From Paraspadella gotoi (lineage: Eukaryota; Animalia; Chaetognatha): a stretch of DNA of 5,908 nucleotides. Location of the stretch: the NCBI GenBank assembly GCA_051294375.1, contig JBJCIZ010001648.1, forward strand, positions 1-5,908, written 5' to 3'. A program made the translations under genes and the position numbers. This document shows positions 1 to 5,908 of the stretch, piece by piece. The notes beneath the pieces are model-generated. The model did no database searches. It was not told where the DNA came from and saw only the letters and a program-made list of their open reading frames with translations. Position 1 is the first letter of the stretch, and each line of letters starts with the position of its first letter.

Positions 1-1498
1 GCATAAATATTGTAATAATTTTATTAAATGGAGTTTGTTAAGGCTAATCATTTATATAATAAATAAATAATAAAAAATTAAGCTAAAGTAGAAAATAAAA
101 AATTTTAAGAATTTTAAACTCGATTTCAATTCCTAATACGAGAAAAGAGTTTGATATAAGAAATATAATCACATATTAAAAATTTTTATTTCATTAAGAT
201 AGGTTAAAATGATTACGAACTAAGTTATTTTTGTTGGGAGATTTTTTCGAAGTTTTGGGCTTCAAATTATGGAGTTCTTCTTGAATTTTGACACACTTAA
301 TCGACATAATTTTGAATGATAAAAATTGTATAATTTTCCTTAATATGCAACGTTTTTGAAAGAATGACAATGAAAATTTTGAAATTAATTATTATTTTAA
401 CTTTAGACCGAGCAAATTTTTAACCTATGGAAATTATTAATAAAGAGTACAGCTAACTTTTATAAAACATAAAATTTAGAAAATAAACTTACCTAAAATA
501 TTTTTATTAAATCTTTATATTTTTATTTCAAAAAGCTCATATAAATTTTATAAAATTTTAAATAAAATTTGATTTGCATAACTTTATAATGGTTTAATAA
601 TTTTATAATAACATTAAAAACCCTTATTTTCGACAAGAAAAGATACAAATTATACTAAAAAAATGGTCATCACTATCGTAATTCTACAGAACTACATTAC
701 ACTAAAATAGCTATGTACCTCTTGATTTGTTATATTTTGTTATTTTTCAACGCTCTAACTCCACAGCTCATAGTTTATTTGTTTTTTCGCTTATTTTGAT
801 TATAGACACGATGAAAAATTACGTGGCGAAACAGTCTCGCTGCTGATTTTTGCCCTTATAAATCGTTTCTGAGCCAAATTAATTGATCACATACTTTTGT
901 AATATGCTGCGATATACACTACTGGACATATCTGTATCTGACCATTACCCTTGACCATCACAAAAAGCCTAACTAGATCCAAAAGATAGTAAAAAAGAAT
1001 AAGCAATATAGCTTCAATCACGAGCTTACAAAATTTAGAACCATTGCTGTCTTATAAATGCAAAAAAAATTTATTATTATTATAAATAACAAAAACTTAA
1101 CGACAACCTATACTAGTTAACCGAGGACCAAGCATGAAATATTTTTAACCCAATCATTTCCTCAATTTATATGCAAATCATTTTGTTTGTAATTGGTTCA
1201 TCTTAATCTAATAACAATATGAACAAATTCATTTTCACATTTTCTTAATGAATGGAAGTTTTCTTTCCTCCTCTCCCCTGTGTCTAATTATTTAATATGT
1301 TTAAAGGTATTTTCAAATAACCATATATAATTTACTATATTTTTTCACTTTTTTTCAATTCTTTCAAACAAAAACAACATTATAAAAACATTTATATAAT
1401 TATAAAAAAAAATTGAATGTGAATGATTTGGAAAAAAATATTTTGGAAACTTGAGATAATGGATTTTATGAAGTCAGGAAAAAAAATTTGCAATTCTG

Positions 1499-1547
1499 AA
1501 AAAATCAGCCTCTAGAGCTTTAGAATTTTTTTAGAGGCTGATTTTTT
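1499..1547. repeat. Perfect 16-bp inverted repeat with 17-nt spacer
   Basis: aaaaaatcagcctcta (1499-1514) is the exact reverse complement of tagaggctgatttttt (1532-1547). Confidence 0.9.
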
Positions 1548-1907
1548 TATTTTTTTGATATTTTTAATTTTCTATGCAAAAACATTATTCTCAGATGAGC
1601 ATTGTCGGTCTATGAAATTTTTTCCTCAACAATTTGAAAAATTCAACTTTTCTCAATTAGGCTTTTTTGGAGGAAATAAATACAATAAATTATTATACGA
1701 TGGTGAGCATCTGAAAGTGACATATGTCTCTAAAATGACAAAAAAATTTTCTTCAAGTTTTTATGTTTGAAATATTTACTATATTGTACCAATGAGAATA
1801 AGTGAGGATACTCCTGCTTTGCGAAATTTTTATTTAACAAGATTTGTACCTGCGTAATTTAAAAAAACATTATTTTGTGTTAAATAACTTTTGAAAGAAA
1901 AGATGGC

Positions 1908-2319
1908 TAGCAAGGTGGATGTGGTATCAATTTAAAGCCCTAATGCATTGGGACACCTGTTCTAAAAGAGTTTTGTATTATAATTAAATCCAATAAATCT
2001 TTACACACAGCTTTTGTTTAATATCAGCAGTTTAAAAGTTATAACATTTTTTTTTGCTTTAAAATTTCTCAATGAAGACATATGAAAATTTTTTTTGTTC
2101 TTTTGTAATTGAAAGAAGAAAGATCTGAATTACATTTTGGTTTATTATTAATTTTTTTTTATTCGCATAAAATTGCCTTATATTTTTCAGTTAAAAGTAA
2201 AAAACAATCAAAAAATTTATGTTGTAGCTTTTGAATAAAATATAATTTTTAAAATATTAAAAATGATAAATACAAATGTTTTCAGCTTTGAATAAAAGGT
2301 CTGGACATCTACCTTCTTG
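1908..2319. mobile_element. Possible degraded MITE or foldback-like remnant
   Basis: aaggtggatgt (~1912-1922) matches the reverse complement of acatctacctt (~2304-2314) with 1 mismatch. An inner pair, ttaaaagttataacat (~2032-2047) vs reverse complement tcaaaagctacaacat (~2219-2234), matches at 13/16. No target-site duplication was found, and the AT-rich background weakens the case. Confidence 0.25.
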
Positions 2320-3492
2320 AAATTGTCTCGTGTGAAAAAATAAATCGTCTTTATTTCTTCGAATTCTAATCTTTAAAACTGCAAACTAAATAAGCTTGAA
2401 CACACTGAAACTTGTTTAAGATACATTATTAAAGTTCGTAACATAACAATTCTACATTTATTAGCTCCCCTTCGTGCTAACAATATTTGATTCATATAGA
2501 CGCAAAACATCAAATGTGTGTTTCATTTGCTTAGTATTGATAATTTTTTTAAATTATAGCGAATGGAACGTGAGATTTTATTATTTTTCATTCCATTAAT
2601 TAATCCATAAGACCAAAAAATATGCTCGGTAATAGCCCATCTGGAAATGGGTCATTGACTGACTTAATGATAAAATTTTTTTAGATTTTCTTTTCTGCCA
2701 GCCATTTACACAAGATTAATTAAAATCCATGGTTATCATGTCAATAAGTCCAGATTATCTGTACCCTTATTGCACTGGCATTCCAAAATTTTCCTTTTTT
2801 TTCCCTCCTTTCAAATGTATTAAATAAAAAAAATATTAGTTGGAGAAACAATCGGTCGTGGAAGGGATGCCAATTGGTAAGCCTTAGTTACCCCACTTCC
2901 CGATCGAATTTTTAAAATGAGGTTTTTTTTCCATTAATGTAGAGAAATATACACATAAACTATTAGTACTATTATTCTTTTGAACGGTTTTTTTCTGATT
3001 ACAATCATCTATGAATAAATATGAACTAAGAGTAACTTATTTTTAAAAATTTATTATCTTCACCCATATTCCAGTATATCAAAAAAAACAAAAAAGATTT
3101 TGCATTGATATTTTGGATATCAGCATAATGAAACTACTAACGTTTCAAAAAATAAAAAGAAATATAAATCTACCGTATTGATCATCGTGAAATTTTATTT
3201 AGATTCACGGGATAAAGTAACGTACGCCATTTTTCAATTGTGTCATAAGTTAGGTTAAGATGGAAAGCATATCTTGTTTTTTTTCATTCCTTCATAAAAG
3301 GGCAAACTCATAGTCCATACTATTGACAATTTTTGGGCTAATAAAACAACGTTTAAAATGGTACTAATTGGCGTGAATAAAGTGGAGGTAAGCAGAAACG
3401 AAAGAAAAAAGTAATATAATAGTGCCAACCAATTCTATACCTTAATTCAGGATATTATCAAAACCGGCCCCTTCGCTCCACCTTTCCTCCAG

Positions 3493-3674
3493 GTGATCCT
3501 CTCCACGAGCCGCGGTCTACCGGAACGCGAGATGCACCGTCGCGCCCGACTGTCAAACGACTGGTCGCCCACATTGGGCCGCATGGCAGAAGCGTAGCGT
3601 CAAGATTCCTTTGCGAGGAACGTCCGCCGGCCGACGGAGGGTCTTTTGGACTCGCGCGGTTGATCCGGATTTGG
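3493..3674 (+). CDS. ft: Exon A (frameshift-disrupted as written): end of EC1 and start of EC2
   Basis: Acceptor cctttcctccAG at 3481-3492. Starts VILS. GAC[T]GTC[A]AACGACTGGTCGCCC (3548-3570) reads DVNDWSP if two single bases are dropped. In-frame TAG at 3595-3597. Ends AVDPDL-G in another frame. Length 182 nt is 3n+2 where 3n+1 is needed. Donor reads GCTGAG, not GTGAG. Confidence 0.7.
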
Positions 3675-5801
3675 GCTGAGGCGAAGGGTGAGGCGGGTGT
3701 TATGGGTACGGTGGTTTGGGTGCGTTGTTTAGGTCAGTGGTGGGACATTTAACTTTAGTGAGACGTGAGTGATTGAGTGAGTGATTGTCCGCCTTTGTTA
3801 CGTTAATTAATACAAAATTACTAAATTATTATGTTACGAATTCTAATTACGAGATAAAATATTTTTTTAAAAAAACAAAGACTTACACAATGTATAGTCT
3901 TTGTCCTTATTGTTAATTTTTTACAGTTAAAAATATTCGTAAAGCCAAGTAAAGAGCCTGAATGTAAAAAAATACTAAATATCTGTATTGGGCATTACGC
4001 AAGTTGACGCACGGGCTAAATATCCACTTAAATGTTTCGTTAATTCTATATTTACTCTCACATATCTAACAACCCTTTTTATAATAAATTCCTTCACTGT
4101 TCAAACAGGCAAGAACTCCGTCTCCCTCTAACTCGATCGATCGAAAGGCCAACGGACCTCTCTCGGTTCCGCCTCGTCACTCATAAGCTCACCGCTCCGC
4201 TTTCGCCATGCGCCCCTAGGCGGTCTTTCTCACGAAACCACGAGAAGCCGCTCGATCGCGAGGAGAGAGATCGACCTACCTCGCGCTCAAGATCCGCGGA
4301 CCGACGGCGGGCAAGCCCGAGAGGTCGGACAATCTCGAGCGTCCAACATCGTGTCGATCGGAACGACAACGAACAACTACTCCCGGTTTGAGAAGAGATC
4401 TTAAACGATCTGAGACAGGTGCTGAGAGAATGTCACCATGGGTAAGTTGATGGGTTGCTGGGTTTGATGGTAGTTTTTAAAGTTATGTGCATGTCGCTTG
4501 GGCAGAAATCGGTTAAATTGTTTGGGTCGTATTTGTGTTGTTTGCGAATTTGTTTTTTTACTTGTGATTAAAATTAAACTGTGTTGAATTAAAAAGCGGC
4601 ACTTTGTAATCTTACATATGTGGCGTCTAACAGATTTTACTGAAAGATTTATTGTATATTTTAGTCTAAACAATAATGAATTAACATTAGTGTTGTTATG
4701 ATATATAACATTTTCTGAGCTGACTTCATATTTACTCTAATAAAGGACTTTTAAGTACATAATAACATCGCTCTTTGCGTACCTAAACTCCTTCCAGGTC
4801 ACGAGGTCGTCCGTGTCTCCGCATCCGACGCCGACGCCTCCGCCAACGGTCTCGTCGTCTACTCGATCGCGGGCGGCGACTCCGCCGATCAATTCGTCGT
4901 CGACGCCGCCACCGGCGCCGTCGCCGTCGCCAGAGAGGCGCTCTCGTGCAAACGGGTCTGCAAACGCGTCCTCCCCGGCGGCGGCCGCGGCGGAGGGGGC
5001 GTGGCAAGGTCGCGTCAATGTCCACCCAGGAAGTGTTCTTTGACGGTGGAAGCGAGGGATCGAGGAGCGACGCCGTTGAAGGTAAGATATAGATCCCTTA
5101 CTCTCTCAGTCTCTCTCTTTCTCCTTTTTTCTTATTTCTTGTTGTGACTATAACCAGTGGGCGTTTTTTTTCGTTTGATATTGCAGTATTATTTGTATCT
5201 TTCTCTGACGGGGTTTGCTTCTTTATCACTTTGAAAAAAAAATTATAAGTTCTCTTTTTACTATGTATAGCAAATTTTCTTACTTCAGTCTAGCGAGTGA
5301 TGAGATTTAAAAGGGAATATAAGACGAAATTGGTGATTCCCCGACTAAAAGTATAGAGAGAGGCCTGGTGGAAAACATCTTCCACTTTTTCCGAGCATTG
5401 ATCGGAAATGATACTGAAAATTTTCTTCTTATTGAGAATAAAAAGTTTTTTGTTCATGAAAATGATGAAAGTAAAGTTTTTAATTAAGACAATGTTAATT
5501 ATTAATTATTAAAATCGATATTTTCCTCTAACCTCTTCCTCTAAAGGCGACGGCCTACGTCAACGTCGAACTCATCGACGTCAACGACCACGCCCCCGTG
5601 ATCGACTTCAAGTTTCTCCCTTACGGCGCCACCGCCGCCACCGTCAACGAGAGCGCGCCTCTCGGTCACCTCGTCGTCGTCGTCAGCGTCTCCGACGACG
5701 ACGACGGCGCCAACGGACAGACGTCGTTGAAGATCGTCGCCGGAAACGAGTTGGGTCACTTCCGGTTGGAGACTTTCTCGTCCTCTTTTAATTTGTTGAA
5801 G
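3493..5801 (+). CDS. ft: Internal multi-exon fragment of a Fat-type protocadherin (ft/FAT4-like), end of EC1 to mid-EC4; join(3493..3674,4109..4441,4798..5081,5547..5801), partial at both ends
   Basis: Four GC-rich blocks with AG acceptors whose phases join: DPDL-G|GC-KNSV, ENVTM-G|GT-HEVV, TPLK|ATAY. Peptide order (VILS..DVNDWSP..AVDPDLGKNS..RFRLVT..PLDREE..DGGKPERS..FEKRS..ENVTMG..SASDAD..C-loop..TVEARDRG..DVNDHAPVIDFKFLP..ATVNESA..IVAGNELGHFRLE) is collinear with my recollection of Drosophila Fat EC1-EC4 (e.g. DTNDHDPIISFRFFP...IVSGNELGHFRLE). Orthology is from recall and needs BLASTP or a tree. Confidence 0.85.
3675..4108 (+). other. Intron, 434 nt, phase 1, with atypical or corrupted donor (GCTGAG...CAG)
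   Basis: Boundary inferred from the DPDLG|KNS junction. G/T-rich 5' part, then AT-rich, ending aaacAG. Confidence 0.65.
3765..3787 (+). repeat. Short imperfect (GAGT/GATT)n microsatellite-like tract in intron
   Basis: gtgagtgattgagtgagtgattg. Confidence 0.5.
4109..4441 (+). CDS. ft: Exon B (frameshift-disrupted as written): most of EC2 and start of EC3
   Basis: Acceptor aaacAG at 4103-4108 and consensus donor G|GTAAGT at 4442. Motifs lie in shifting frames: KNSVS (4111), RFRLVTHK (4164), KPLDREE (4245), LKI (4286), DGG (4303), KPERS (4313), FEKRS (4387), ENVTMG (4426). Stops TAA 4129-4131 and TAA 4402-4404 fall where cadherin Tyr codons are expected (TAAC and TAAAC instead of TAC). Confidence 0.78.
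4442..4797 (+). other. Intron, 356 nt, phase 1 (GT-AG)
   Basis: GTAAGT...ctccttccAG. Splits a GGT Gly codon. Branch-point-like cctaaac lies just before the acceptor. Confidence 0.88.
4798..5081 (+). CDS. ft: Exon C (intact): bulk of EC3 with a Cys/Gly-rich loop
   Basis: Acceptor ccttccAG ending 4797 and donor AAG|GTAAGA at 5082. 284 nt = 2 nt + 94 codons with no stop: (G)HEVVRVSASDADASANGLVVYSIAGGDSADQFVVDAATGAVAVAREALSCKRVCKRVLPGGGRGGGGVARSRQCPPRKCSLTVEARDRGATPLK. This frame is missing from the ORF track. Confidence 0.93.
5082..5546 (+). other. Intron, 465 nt, phase 0 (GT-AG)
   Basis: GTAAGA...ctctaacctcttcctctaaAG, with a CTAAC branch-like motif at 5528-5532. The frame is preserved across the junction. 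Confidence 0.9.
5547..5801 (+). CDS. ft: Exon D (intact): end of EC3 and first half of EC4
   Basis: Pyrimidine tract then aaAG ending 5546; donor AAG|GTAAAA at 5802. 255 nt = 85 codons: ATAYVNVELIDVNDHAPVIDFKFLPYGATAATVNESAPLGHLVVVVSVSDDDDGANGQTSLKIVAGNELGHFRLETFSSSFNLLK. Same frame as ORF-track entry 5598..5867, whose tail is intron read-through. Confidence 0.95.
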
Positions 5802-5908
5802 GTAAAACTATGTCTATCGAATGTTATATTAGAAATCGTTTTGCATTATGTTAGGCTTCATTGTTAGATTGTTTGGAGGTTTTAAGTAAGTATATTTTAA
5901 ATTATATT
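5802..5908 (+). other. 5' part of the next intron (phase 0)
   Basis: AAG|GTAAAA, followed by an abrupt return to AT-rich sequence and loss of cadherin similarity. Confidence 0.82.

Larger units (their letters stand above)
1..3492 (+). other. Probable 3' part of a long upstream intron
   Basis: Very AT-rich with no GC-rich exon-like block. Ends in a pyrimidine tract and CAG. Exon A begins late in EC1, so the signal peptide and most of EC1 must be encoded upstream of the window. Confidence 0.65.

Noticed and set aside
1499-1556. Hairpin plus T-run as a Rho-independent terminator
   Set aside because: The context is a eukaryotic intron; the resemblance is only structural.
1555-1770. 71-aa + strand ORF
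   Set aside because: F/K/N-rich, non-ATG start, AT-rich codons unlike the real exons, and no recognisable domain; likely a chance intronic ORF.
4181-4369. 62-aa - strand ORF
   Set aside because: Antisense shadow of GC-rich exon B.
3493-4441. Programmed ribosomal frameshifting or stop readthrough as an explanation for the disrupted exons
   Set aside because: Too many frame changes, no slippery heptamers, and the lesions also appear to hit a splice donor.
4401-4673. 90-aa - strand ORF
   Set aside because: Mostly antisense to an intron, with no recognisable motif.
4737-5043. Three overlapping ORFs (acidic/Gly-rich antisense, Arg-rich protamine-like antisense, Pro/Ser-rich sense)
   Set aside because: All are alternate frames of exon C produced by its GNC-biased codon usage; the cadherin frame explains the sequence.
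5101-5140. CT-rich tract after the exon C donor
   Set aside because: Short low-complexity sequence with no supportable downstream micro-exon.
5541-5759. 72-aa - strand V/D/G-rich ORF
   Set aside because: Antisense mirror of GTC/GAC/GCC codons in exon D.
3493-5801. GC-rich islands as bacterial contamination or horizontally transferred DNA
   Set aside because: They have spliceosomal boundaries with matching phases and encode a metazoan Fat-type cadherin.
1-5908. CRISPR array, tRNA, rRNA or transposase/reverse transcriptase coding remnants
   Set aside because: No regularly spaced repeats, cloverleaf, rRNA motif or transposon protein motif recognised by eye.

Overview
Eukaryotic (invertebrate animal-like) genomic DNA with very AT-rich introns and four short, GC/CpG-rich + strand exons (3493-3674, 4109-4441, 4798-5081, 5547-5801). 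Together they encode the end of cadherin repeat EC1 through about the middle of EC4 of a Fat-type giant protocadherin (ft/FAT4 family). The call rests on cadherin motifs (DxNDxxP, DxDxGxN, LDRE, GNELGHFRL) and collinear resemblance to the Drosophila Fat N-terminus as I recall it; no search was run. Splice phases join correctly across all three internal introns. The last two exons are fully open. The first two keep the expected motifs in order but are broken by many frameshifts, mostly single-base insertions, and by in-frame stops. The likeliest cause is a locally unpolished long-read assembly segment; pseudogenisation or transcript-level repair are less likely but testable. Bases 1-3492 look like a long upstream intron with a perfect 16-bp hairpin and weak inverted-repeat remnants. 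Most entries in the supplied ORF track are shadow or chance ORFs. I found no convincing novel biological system.
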